This document shows, piece after piece, positions 17,151 through 28,885 of a stretch of DNA of 64,000 bases; within the stretch, counting starts at the first letter, position 1; each line of letters starts with the position of its first letter. The DNA lies in the NCBI GenBank assembly GCA_964016885.1, contig OZ024749.1, positions 49,228,001-49,292,000 of the forward strand, in the 5' to 3' direction. The notes beneath the pieces are model-generated. The model did no database searches and had not been told where the DNA came from. It saw only the letters and a program-made list of their open reading frames with translations. The stretch is from Eledone cirrhosa (lineage: Eukaryota). The translations under genes and the position numbers were made by a program.

Positions 17151-18225
17151 AAATTTATTTAGATTTGTTGGTTCACCACTAGATTGAACTGGTCATACCG
17201 TATGGTCAACCTCGATGTAATATTATGGAGAGCACTCGACGTAATGCAACTCACCCGTCTTCGTTTGTGTTGTCTGAGGTACGAGTACGGAGTTAATTAT
17301 TATGAAATAACAGTAGGCTTGACTGGTGTAATTCCTTAAAAGTTTAATTATACTATGATCATTTCAATGACCAGGTTTAGTATGAATCCGGTGAAATCAT
17401 CAGGTATTCGAGATATAACAAAGGAATATAAGAGACAACATGAATGGGCTTGAACAGTAGAGACATGAGGGCGGCTGAACATTTAGTAGCTTCTAGCCCG
17501 GTCAGCCGCCTGACGTGATGGTTATTAAGTCTTCTTATGTCCTTTATGGTGAAGGGGCGTAGGCTTATAGTGTACTACTATCTTTAACAAAGCTATATAT
17601 ATATGGCGTCAGCACAGTATATTGTATGGTCAGAAGTTACGATTAACAATTAGAAAAGCCTCCTCCTGTAAATTCTTTAACTAAATCTCAAAACTTTAAA
17701 CCTAAATCATTCTTTTCTAATTTCATCTTAAATGACATCTTTTAACTCTAAACATAAATGTAGCGTTTCTAATTGTTAATCGTAATTTCTGACCATACAC
17801 TATACTGTGCTGGCGCCATATATATAGCTTTGTTAAGAATATATGTTTTTTGAAAAAAATATTTTTCTCGCCACTTTCTAGCACTCCTGACCAGCTTGAA
17901 TGTAACCTGACCTCACCGCTGGCTCTGTCTACGACAGGGTGGTAGTAGTACACTATAAGCCTACGCCCCTTCACCACAAGGATATAAGAAGACTTAATAA
18001 TCATCACTTGATGGCGGCTGACCGGACTAGAAGCTGGTAAATTTTCGCCCACCCCCGTGTCTCTGCTTTTCAGCCCCATGGATTTTGTCGATTATATTCC
18101 ATTGTTATGTTTCGAATACCTGATGATGTCACCGGATTCATACTGAGCCTGGTCATTGAAATGATCATAGTATAATAAATCTTTTAAGGAATAACAGCAG
18201 TCCAGCCTCCTGTTAATTTATAATA

Positions 18226-18230
<5 letters not shown>
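17151..18230 (-). mobile_element. Diverged inverted pLTR pair (arms ~17293-17660 / ~17762-18230) with an HHR in each arm
   Basis: Arms are reverse complements with scattered mismatches and a ~110-bp indel. The left arm extends to the TA junction through a GTACTCG/CGAGTGC stem. Confidence 0.75.
18116..18173 (+). ncRNA. Type-I hammerhead ribozyme motif (mirror copy 17350-17407 on minus)
   Basis: atac-CTGATGA-stem II-GAAA-tgatca-TA|gtat. Stem I perfect; stem III ATGATCAT palindromic. Confidence 0.75.
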
Positions 18231-18288
<58 letters not shown>

Positions 18289-18291
<3 letters not shown>

Positions 18292-18454
18292 ATAATAATA
18301 AATTTGAAGACTAAAATCCAAAGAGGGCTCGATAAGGATAGCTATACATCAAACATATAAGAACCGTAGAGCAAATGAGTTTCAGAAGATCCCGTTAAGG
18401 GTGAAAGCACCGATTATTTGCTTAAACTTTAATCTGTTATTTTAATAAATATAT
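18289..18454. mobile_element. Rearranged pLTR-type fragment, family G (also 33197-33283, 36820-36927)
   Basis: Shared gtaataataataaatttgaagactaaaatcc...gggctcgataaggata...agaaccgtag directly after (TA)n. Degenerate HHR cAgaaga-tccc-gttaa-gggt-GAAA at ~18371-18421. Confidence 0.65.
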
Positions 18455-18603
18455 CCCTCCGCCTCCGTGGTATTTCCTTCGTGGTTATAAGAGGCTTAGC
18501 TCTGTTTCTCGACCGTTATATCGCGTGACTATCTCCCCCTCCGCCTTTTGGGATTCTTTCTCACGTCGTGTAGACGCGTTCTTGAGACTAGTAAAATGAG
18601 GTA

Positions 18604-18691
18604 TCCTCTTGATAAGTCGGCAGACCTCGCAAGGACTCTATATCTTTCATATATTGTTTTTGTTTATGCCACGAAACTACGTAGTCGAGGA
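18604..18691 (+). ncRNA. Hammerhead ribozyme with U3-A8 core variant, copy 1
   Basis: tcctc-TTGATAA-gt(c)ggca...tgccac-GAAA-ctacgtag-TC|gagga. Confidence 0.75.
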
Positions 18692-19194
18692 ATTTAGGAG
18701 CAGTTTAGGTATGATACATTTTATTACTAATTATATCTAAATGTTTCTTCTCTCTTCATAATGTATTTTTAACTCTGATACTGGTTCAGTCTGGTTCAAA
18801 CTGAATTGGTCTGTCCCAGTCATTCATTGAGCAACATCGGTGAAGTTGGCACCCTTAACTCACAGTTGGGTGCGGATGCATTCATGTATATATGTGTGTC
18901 CCCGCATGTATCTGTGTGTTTCTAAATATATTAATAACTCCCTCTGGTCGAGCAATCTTTGAGGTGTGGGGACAACTGGAAAGCTTCCATTACTCATACT
19001 TCTCGCCTTCTTCACTACCTCTTCTACGGCCTCAATATGAATACCCCCTCCGCCTCCGTGGTATTTCCTTCGTGGTTATAAGAGGCTTAGCTCTGTTTCT
19101 CGACCGTTATATCGCGTGACTATCTCCCCCTCCGCCTTTTGGGATTCTTTCTCACGTCGTGTAGACGCGTTCTTGAGACTAGTAAAATGAGGTA

Positions 19195-19282
19195 TCCTCT
19201 TGATAAGTCGGCAGACCTCGCAAGGACTCTATATCTTTCATATATTGTTTTTGTTTATGCCACGAAACTACGTAGTCGAGGA
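19195..19282 (+). ncRNA. Hammerhead ribozyme U3-A8 variant, copy 2
   Basis: Same motif at +591. Confidence 0.75.
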
Positions 19283-19785
19283 ATTTAGGAGCAGTTTAGG
19301 TATGATACATTTTATTACTAATTATATCTAAATGTTTCTTCTCTCTTCATAATGTATTTTTAACTCTGATACTGGTTCAGTCTGGTTCAAACTGAATTGG
19401 TCTGTCCCAGTCATTCATTGAGCAACATCGGTGAAGTTGGCACCCTTAACTCACAGTTGGGTGCGGATGCATTCATGTATATATGTGTGTCCCCGCATGT
19501 ATCTGTGTGTTTCTAAATATATTAATAACTCCCTCTGGTCGAGCAATCTTTGAGGTGTGGGGACAACTGGAAAGCTTCCATTACTCATACTTCTCGCCTT
19601 CTTCACTACCTCTTCTACGGCCTCGATATGAATACCCCCTCCGCCTCCGTGGTATTTCCTTCGTGGTTATAAGAGGCTTAGCTCTGTTTCTCGACCGTTA
19701 TATCGCGTGACTATCTCCCCCTCCGCCTTTTGGAATTCTTTCTCACGTCGTGTAGACGCGTTCTTGAGACTAGTAAAATGAGGTA

Positions 19786-19873
19786 TCCTCTTGATAAGTC
19801 GGCAGACCTCGCAAGGACTCTATATCTTTCATATATTGTTTTTGTTTATGCCACGAAACTACGTAGTCGAGGA
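19786..19873 (+). ncRNA. Hammerhead ribozyme U3-A8 variant, copy 3
   Basis: Same motif at +1182. Confidence 0.75.
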
Positions 19874-20199
19874 ATTTAGGAGCAGTTTAGGTATGATACA
19901 TTTTATTACTAATTATATCTAAATGTTTCTTCTCTCTTCATAATGTATATATATATATATATATATATATGTTTGAATTTTGTTTGTGAACGAGAAGCTT
20001 CCATGCTTCAGAACTATTTAGTTATTGCACTACACAAGAGAATAACAACACAGTTCCGTATACCAGTGAATCTGTGCATAAGGAAAATGTCTACATATTT
20101 GGATCAATATCGATGTGTCTGAATTGACTGGAGCAAGATGAAATTCAACAAGACATTATAGTAAAACAGCTTGGTTTGTTTATATTGTTTTTGTTCGCG

Positions 20200-20500
20200 C
20201 CCACATCAATCCAGATCTACAACCACCAACATGGGCTACATGGTTTAACATCCTTTCTCTTTTTAATGATTATACAACGATTTGATGGAGAATTAGCTGC
20301 TATTTCTGGCATGTTTCTAAGCATCCCACATTCCCATATAGTTTTCAATGCAATAACCATATTCATTGATCGCCTCACTAAGCATAACAGTTTTGAATAC
20401 ATGTTCTTATGCAATAGCGATATAAATCGATTGATATAGAGGCTCGCCATATAACATAAATTGCTGGGAAAAGCAATTATCTGAAAGGACCCTAATCACA
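20200..20500 (+). pseudogene. Highly decayed Ty3/Gypsy integrase remnant
   Basis: Translation ...IPHSHIVFNAITIFIDRLTK resembles the Gypsy rve motif LP.S.GF.AI.V.VDRLTK. Downstream gcaattatctgaaaggaccct resembles IISDRDP with a stop. Confidence 0.4.
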
Positions 20501-21117
20501 CTGAATGGATTTTATCGGCTTGGTATTCCAATTCCTTTAAATGATCTCATTCAACAGTGTCTAACTCATATTCCCATTTAATTAATTGCTACATTAAAAA
20601 CAAATAAATTGAGTAAACAAAGTGATTTCATGAATGACACATCATATAAGATATCAAAAAATCACTCTACAACATCTGGCACAATGACTTAACACTGCTC
20701 TTAACGACCCATACTACAATGGTCACTGCTCTTTGGATTCGGCTGGTGTTGTGAACTTTGGAATAATTTCTTCTCTCACCATTCATGTGTCACATACCAT
20801 TGACAGTTCAAAACATTGCAAACAGTCTATAGTACGTTAAATGTCATCCCACTGGAATATTCTATCTGGACATACGTTTACGGCAGATGTCGATTTGCGA
20901 ACGTCACTGAAGTATGAACGCCATCAGGATAGCACGTGAACTCCACAGATACATCATTATGCTCACGTCCAAACCAATACATTTTAATATAGTATTGTAT
21001 TATTGATTGGTAACTCATATAAACACACACACAAACATATACACATATACACACACACACACATATATATATCCACACACATATATATATCCACACACAC
21101 ACACGCATATACACACG

Positions 21118-21185
<68 letters not shown>

Positions 21186-21215
21186 TATATACACACACAC
21201 ATATACACCCACACA

Positions 21216-21247
<32 letters not shown>

Positions 21248-21270
21248 TTCACACATACATGAGTTGTGAT

Positions 21271-22341
21271 ATATTATTAAAAAGAAAAAGAAAATGGTGA
21301 CAGATTTTTTTCCAGTGAAACATACTTTAATTAGGAATAAGTATATATTAAGTAATGGTTAGTATTCAGTGTTAGTTTTAAGTGTTTTACCTGTTGCGCA
21401 TTTCAAATGTTTTTCGAAAATAATTTTGAGATAGAGCGTTCGTGATTTGGTTGGTTGTTGAATGTCACGTGAATAAGCACTATAATTTTGATTGGTCGGT
21501 AGAAGTCCCGTGAATGTTCAATAATTAAAGAGGTGAAATAGTATTGATATATTATTGATATAGTATTGTCATAACACCAAGATGTGTGTGGGTGTGTCCA
21601 GATTGTACGTACTGCAAGGGAATCCATTAGGCCCTACCGTATGGGATACTTGTGGAATGAAATGTATGTAGGATGTATGTTGATATAGTATGTATGACTG
21701 TCCATAGATCCCAGATCAAAATACGGGAATACAGAAAAATACCGCTGAGTGAACACATTGATACTTGTGCAGCCCAATATTCATCCCAACTTTAGAATCT
21801 TTCCCCTCTACAAATCTAAAGATAATGCCACCCACACCCAGCGCATCAGCAAGGAATCTCACTTTATTAACACATACGGATCCCGTCAAAACACTTATCC
21901 CTAAGACGAACCCACAACATACACACGTCCACATACATACCTACATCAACATACATCCTACATACATTTCTATCCACAAGTATCCCATACGGCAGGGCCT
22001 AATGGATTCCCTTGCAATACGTACAATCTGGATACACTCAAACACACCTTGGTGTTATGACAATACTATACATCATTTCACCTCATTTATTATTGAACAT
22101 TCACGTGACTTCTACCGACCAATCAAAATTATAGTGTTTATTCACGTGACATTCAACAACCAACCAAATCTCGAACGCTCTATCTCACAATTATTTTTGA
22201 AAAGCATTTGAAATGCGCAACCGGTAAACAACTTAAAACTAAGACTGGATACTAACAATTACTTATTACTAATTTATACTTATTCCTAATTAAACTGTTT
22301 TTCACTGGAAAAAAATCTGTCAGCATTATCTTTTCCTTTTT

Positions 22342-22348
<7 letters not shown>
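21271..22348 (+). mobile_element. 5'-truncated PLE with upstream inverted pLTR (classic Penelope arrangement)
   Basis: Arms ~21271-21695 / ~21932-22348 are diverged reverse complements. The spacer encodes a GIY-YIG C-terminus. Confidence 0.75.
21694..21904 (+). pseudogene. Frameshifted PLE GIY-YIG endonuclease C-terminus (not in ORF track)
   Basis: MTVHRSQIKIREYRKIPLSEHIDTCA, then +1 frameshift at ~21781, then HPNFRIFPLYK...QRISKESHFINTYGS...stop. Confidence 0.7.
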
Positions 22349-22384
<36 letters not shown>

Positions 22385-22387
<3 letters not shown>

Positions 22388-22595
22388 GACAGTATGACAC
22401 CCACGGCGGAGCTCAAGCCGTTTCGACGGCTATTTCTGGACTAAAAGTAGACTTTAATCCAGAAATAGCCGTCGAAACGACTTGAGCTCCGCCCTCGGGG
22501 TCATATTTTCTCCTATTACCCACTCTACTGCTCTAAGTATTGAGTACTCTTGTGCGTTATGGTCCATCTGGTTCCTTACCATAACTCCTCCGTTA
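22385..22595 (+). mobile_element. Fold-back element family B, copy 2
   Basis: Arms ~22393-22440 / 22458-22505. Homologous to copies at 6092 and 52063. TA-flanked. Confidence 0.8.
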
Positions 22596-22616
22596 TATAT
22601 ATATATATAATATATA

Positions 22617-22913
<297 letters not shown>

Positions 22914-23595
22914 CGTTTATAATATATTTCAACCAACTTAATTTCTTTCAGCAGGCTTGTCTTCATTATGTCGAGATACGTCAGATGAACACTCAAGTAA
23001 AAATAGTTCATTTTGTTTCATGTCTGATTTTTATCTAAAGCATAATATCGTCTTAGACAGTATCCATGAAGTGAAAGGTTAAGGAAAACCGCTCTGCTTT
23101 GATCAAATGTTTATTCCTGCATATAGAAATTTGTCAGTTAAAACTGGAATGTGATATATTTCTAACATATGACATGTCATGTGTCAGTTCAGACTGGAAT
23201 GCTGTCATGTTTCTACAATTGTAGTTTTACATATTTACAGGTATAAATACGATGCCATATAGTCTTCAGAGTTAATGTCTGTCTAGATCAATGCAACCCG
23301 AATAAACATTAGTTTTATGCAATCTAATTTTGAGAATTCTTTATTTGATAGGATTAAATCCAGCATAAAAAAAAGACAGACGATGAACAATTTTAAGTCA
23401 AGTTTATTTTATTCTCCGAGGCACAATAATAACAGTATCATAAATAGTTTCAATTCCACAGCACTGCAGTTTCGCTGTATACAGAACCAAGAAGAAAATA
23501 TTTAGGAACCTGGCCCTCGTTTTCAATGTAGATCATAAAAGATAGATTAGATTATATTCACCTATCTAATAATTATTTCTCTAATCTGTAATTCC

Positions 23596-23985
<390 letters not shown>

Positions 23986-25815
23986 ATATATATATATGTA
24001 TATATTAGTTTCTCTAAATATAGTTTTTAAAGAATCCCCTTTCTTTAAATCCATCAACCAATGACCTCCACCGATCCCAATCACCACCCTCTCCTTCCAC
24101 CAGAAAATGTATAAACACCACCATATTACTTGGACAGTCAGTTTCTTGATGATTTCTCCCGAATGAAACAATTCTAGTTCTATGTGTATATATTAATCAA
24201 ATCGAGCAAAACAAAAAGTATTATGTGTATATCATACGTTTATATGGGATTAGAAGAGAGTTTCAATGGGTATTAATATATATAGATGCACATTCAATAT
24301 AAGAGAAACATGATGTAACGAATATTTGATAAAATTAATACGTGTAGGATAATGCCACGTAAGAATGGAGGCGATAGGTCTATTTCAATTACGTTTTCCT
24401 TATATTTTCTTCATAAAACGATATCATCAATGCCGTATTATATCTGAAACACTAAAGTAATTATGGCACTTAATTGACATGAACATGTCAAAGATAACTA
24501 TTGTTAGTTGAAATTAAACGTGTGTGAACTTGAATGTGTGTCATATCATACATATATCGTTAATGCCTGCCAAATACTATTACGGTCAAGCAATATCTTT
24601 CATTCCATTTTACATCTGAATGTATCTAGATATTAATATTGATTTCTACTATAAAGAAAAAAAAAGGTACCATGTGTCTAGGTTACTGCAAGATTTGGTC
24701 TATATGATGTGTGACATACATTTTATCGGGTCCGTATATCACAAACACTAAATGTAACCGTGTATGATTTGAACTTCAAACGCAAAATGGCAGAAGAAAT
24801 TATTCAATGTTATATGAAAGGACGATCTACCGTATGTATCGTAGCAATGCCACTTGAACAAAATCAATAATAATGTCAGAATACTTGCTTTACTGTCAAC
24901 ACACAATATCAAGCATACATGCAGTCTACTTTGTAGTAGTTTTCTGTTTGAGGTTTACAGTAATAATTATTAAGGCAACTCTAGTTTTATAAATACTCAA
25001 TGCATAGTTCATAGTCACGCGGTTTTATTTGCAAATTAGCTGAAATAATAACATTATTAAATGTATATTACGTTAAATTACTTCGCATTTTGTAAGCATA
25101 TTTTCATTACCACAAGGAAATCCGAGACAAGATTATATATATACAGACAAGATTAGTTTGCGATAAGCCCTCTGGTAAAATCGTATGATACAGCGAGAAT
25201 GGACAAAACACATATATACATGCATACATACATACATACATAAATACATACACACATACATAAACACATACATAGATTTATATGTACCTGCGTATTCAAA
25301 CATATGGACGGGTACATATATTAAGGTTTACGTCTATTATCGTATTATTGGTCGTATTAATTTTTTATTCGTGTTTGCTTTTCTATGAAGAGTGTTCCTT
25401 TTTCTGTGTTAACATTTAGCCCTAGCTTGACAGTTCCTCATATCATTTACATTTAACTAGATGGTTAACTATGTATATTTGTATAACCGTAAGAAGCCTG
25501 ACGCCAACATAATGGATCTTTGCATATATTAGACGGAATATAATACATTTACCAGAAGAAAATATGCACTTAATCTCAGTTTACAGAAATGCCACTTCTC
25601 TTTCTTGCCTAAAGTCAGGCGGTTTTATACATTTGGAACTACACGTTTGAAAAGATCCTCCGGCGTTATGTATGAAACTATGCATTATAAAGTTGTAACG
25701 TCTACGGGTGTGTCAATTCACATAAAAAGAAGTGCGGGATCGCACAGACACACACACACAGATATACTCGTTTGCACATACAGATATACTCGTTTGCACA
25801 TACATATATACATCC

Positions 25816-25870
<55 letters not shown>

Positions 25871-25911
25871 CGTGTGTGTGTGTGTGTATGCATGTATGAT
25901 TGCATCTTATA

Positions 25912-25942
<31 letters not shown>

Positions 25943-25955
25943 ATCATACATGCAT

Positions 25956-25986
<31 letters not shown>

Positions 25987-26014
25987 CACACACACAAACA
26001 TACACACACACGCG

Positions 26015-26051
<37 letters not shown>

Positions 26052-26299
26052 TTACATATATAATATAATAATATATGCTCAGAAACATATATATATATAC
26101 ATACACGCACACTCAAACATATATATATGCAAATGCTTATATACCTATATGCACAAATACACGTTTCTCACGTACACATACATAACGAATATTTCTTTCT
26201 ATTTCATTTCCTCTTTGTCAGTCACAACAATGACACAAGCTGTGCTTACACGTCTCTTCCGGGAAATTATGCGTGATTATCGTGACCTTTATTTCTCCC

Positions 26300-26572
26300 G
26301 GATGTATTAAAACTCAATTCTCTTACTGTTCGTTGGAAACACGCTAGCAACTACAGTTCTATATCAAACAGTTTTAATACATTTAATTCCTGGTGAAGGA
26401 TGTAACACTCAACGTTCTCACTATTCGATGTTGTTGGACAGGCGCTGGAAACTAAAGATATATACCAAATTAGATATGAAGCATTCAATTCTTGGAGAAG
26501 ATGTATTAAAACTCAACCATCTCACTGTTCGTTGGAAAGGCGCTGGTAGTTACTGATCCATATCAAATATTT
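26300..26572. repeat. Degenerate ~100-bp tandem repeat (3 copies; 4th copy at ~27348-27412)
   Basis: gatgtattaaaactcaa...ctcactgttcgttggaaa..cgctgg.aactacag.t.catatcaaa recurs at ~26300, 26399 and 26500. Confidence 0.7.
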
Positions 26573-26751
26573 AATGCAGTAAATCTAATATATAATGATT
26601 GGAAGACTGCGGGATTGTGTCAGGGATATTTTTTTCTGAAGACGTTATTAAAATAAGTTGGACTACTTTGAATATATCATGAATCAATATTATGTAATTT
26701 ATCTACTACATTTCGTAGTTCTTGATTAAACATAAATACGCTTATATATAA

Positions 26752-26928
26752 GTTTCTAGTTTATGCACAAGGCCTGCAATCACCCAGTACATTACTGGCA
26801 CTTTATTTTATCGACCCCGTAAGGATGACAGACAAAGTTAACCACGGCGGGATTTGAACTCGGATCATAAAGGGACGTAACTCTATGCTTCAAAGCATGG
26901 TGTCCGACTCTCTACCGATACGGCCCTA
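26752..26928 (-). mobile_element. tRNA-derived SINE (cephalopod-type)
   Basis: cccagtacattactggcactttattttatcgaccccgtaaggatga...ggcgggatttgaactc (B box on minus strand). Confidence 0.75.
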
Positions 26929-28570
26929 TTTTAAGATTCACTTCTTAACAAATTTTAAATGTCTACACTTCCGGTTAGCGTCCGTTATATCTTAACACTA
27001 CACTCTACGCTATATCACATTGCTTATATAACGTTCATATACTTGCATAGTTATATAAGGTTTATATTTCCTTCGCTTTTTTTCACCCTTTTCGTTTTCA
27101 TAAAATTTTGCCGTAATGCAGTTTATATATAATATCGTATTTTTTTATGTATCATGAATTACTTTACTGATTACAGAAGAGAATGTAACCGTCTCTCTTC
27201 AACTTCTGTGAATATTATCAATTACGATTTAATTTGACGTATATGTATGTACACGCATATATATTTGCGTATAATATCAATATACACACTACACATGCTA
27301 GCAGAAAAACCGCACCTCGGTGGTCTTTCTGCTAGTACTTCGTTAAGGAAGTATTAAACTAAACGTCCTCGCTGTTCATTGGAAAGACACTGGTAACTAC
27401 AGATTCATGTCAGTCTGCGAGAATGTATACATATTTCGTGGAATCACTGTCTGCACATTGCATCATCATTTGACGGAGAAATGTCAAATTGTTTTACCAA
27501 GAACCAGTTATCATTTGTTCTGTACACGGGGGTGCTATTTGCTTTATAATTTCTGCTCTACCTACATGATGCTGCATATAAATTGGGAAAAATTCAGGAA
27601 GTGAAATCTTTGAAAATTTAATAAAGTTGTGGTACACATCTTCTCAGGCTTGATAATATATCCCTACTTCCAGCTGTGACATTCTGGCTGTTCCGCTTGA
27701 TCAATCGAGGTGGATCTTTATCGGGTCAACTTCATGGCTGCTTAAATCATTTACTGAAAGCATGGATGATATGAGGAAGCCGTACATGATTGAGAGTATC
27801 GGCAATGAGTGTGTGTCTGGGGGGAGGGGGGTGAATGTGAGTAAATGACAGAGAGTGTGTGTGAGAAAGAGAGACTGTGGGAGTGAAAGAGAGTGTGTGA
27901 GAATGTAGAGAATGTGATAGAAAGAGTGTAGAGAATGAGATAGAAAGAGAGGGAGAACGAACAAGAGATAGAGAGAGAGAGAGATAGATATATAGATAGA
28001 TAGAGAGAGAGAAAGAGAGTGAGAGAGAGAGAGAGAGAGACAAAGGGAGAGAGCGTATTCATCTTTAATAGTGTGTTGTAGGTGCGGATTCAGTTTCCTT
28101 AGGAAATATCGATTTTAACAAGTATGCAAGGGAGAGTCCAGTTGTTAAAACGAATCCAAGCCATCAATACATCAAGACACAGAAAACAAATATCAGAATA
28201 CATTTTCGGAGAATGACCATTTCCATTAATCCTCTATATGTTCAATATTCACGTGACCTATTTCAATTTTCAGACAATTTGCAATATTTTGCCTTCCATA
28301 TAATTAATATTAATTCGGTTAAGTAGAATATTTAAGATATAAAATAGTTAATTATGTGCATATACACACATAAGGTAAGAACAGAAAATGTATATGTGGT
28401 GTGGTAAATAAATATAAACATATATATTATCACGCACTGTGTTATATTTAAGTGAGTTTTCTCTCACCACAAGTGCTGAAATTAGAATCCATTGTTTCTT
28501 CCCTATGGTGATTTGGATTGGCAGTATGATTAAGGGATCAGAGAAATTGTTTGGCGTCATTTGTTTAGGC

Positions 28571-28885
28571 CATGGGCGTGCAACAGGTGGCCTGCTGGCC
28601 ACATTCCGGCCCACCAGACCAGTCAGAGAGGCCCGCGATGACCGTTTTTAATTTTTACATTGAAGGGTTATTAAAATTCTTTTCGTAACCGTAATACAAT
28701 TTTCTGTCAGTTGACCTATTCTAAAAGGCTTTACTGATAGTGTTGTGTGTTATAATTTCCCAGTTCTTTGTTATGGAAATAAGTTGTGGTTTTCATTGGG
28801 GGACATATTTTTGACAGTGACTGGCCCTAATAGTTGTTCCAATGTTCAAAAGTGCCCCAACAATGGAATATGTTGCACATCCCTG
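28571..28885. mobile_element. hAT-superfamily (Charlie-like) MITE
   Basis: TIRs CATGGGCGTGCAAC / GTTGCACATCCCTG. Exact 8-bp TSD GTTTAGGC at 28563-28570 and 28886-28893. Subterminal GGCCC motifs. Confidence 0.85.

Larger units (their letters stand above)
18455..19946 (+). repeat. Tandem array of ~2.5 near-identical 591-bp units, each with a variant hammerhead (retrozyme-like)
   Basis: Period 591 (duplicate ORFs at 18892 and 19483). Only about 2 substitutions noticed between units. Ends in a TA run. Confidence 0.9.

Noticed and set aside
18892-19710. Duplicated 75-aa ORF
   Set aside because: Only reflects the 591-bp tandem repeat; no recognisable protein motif.
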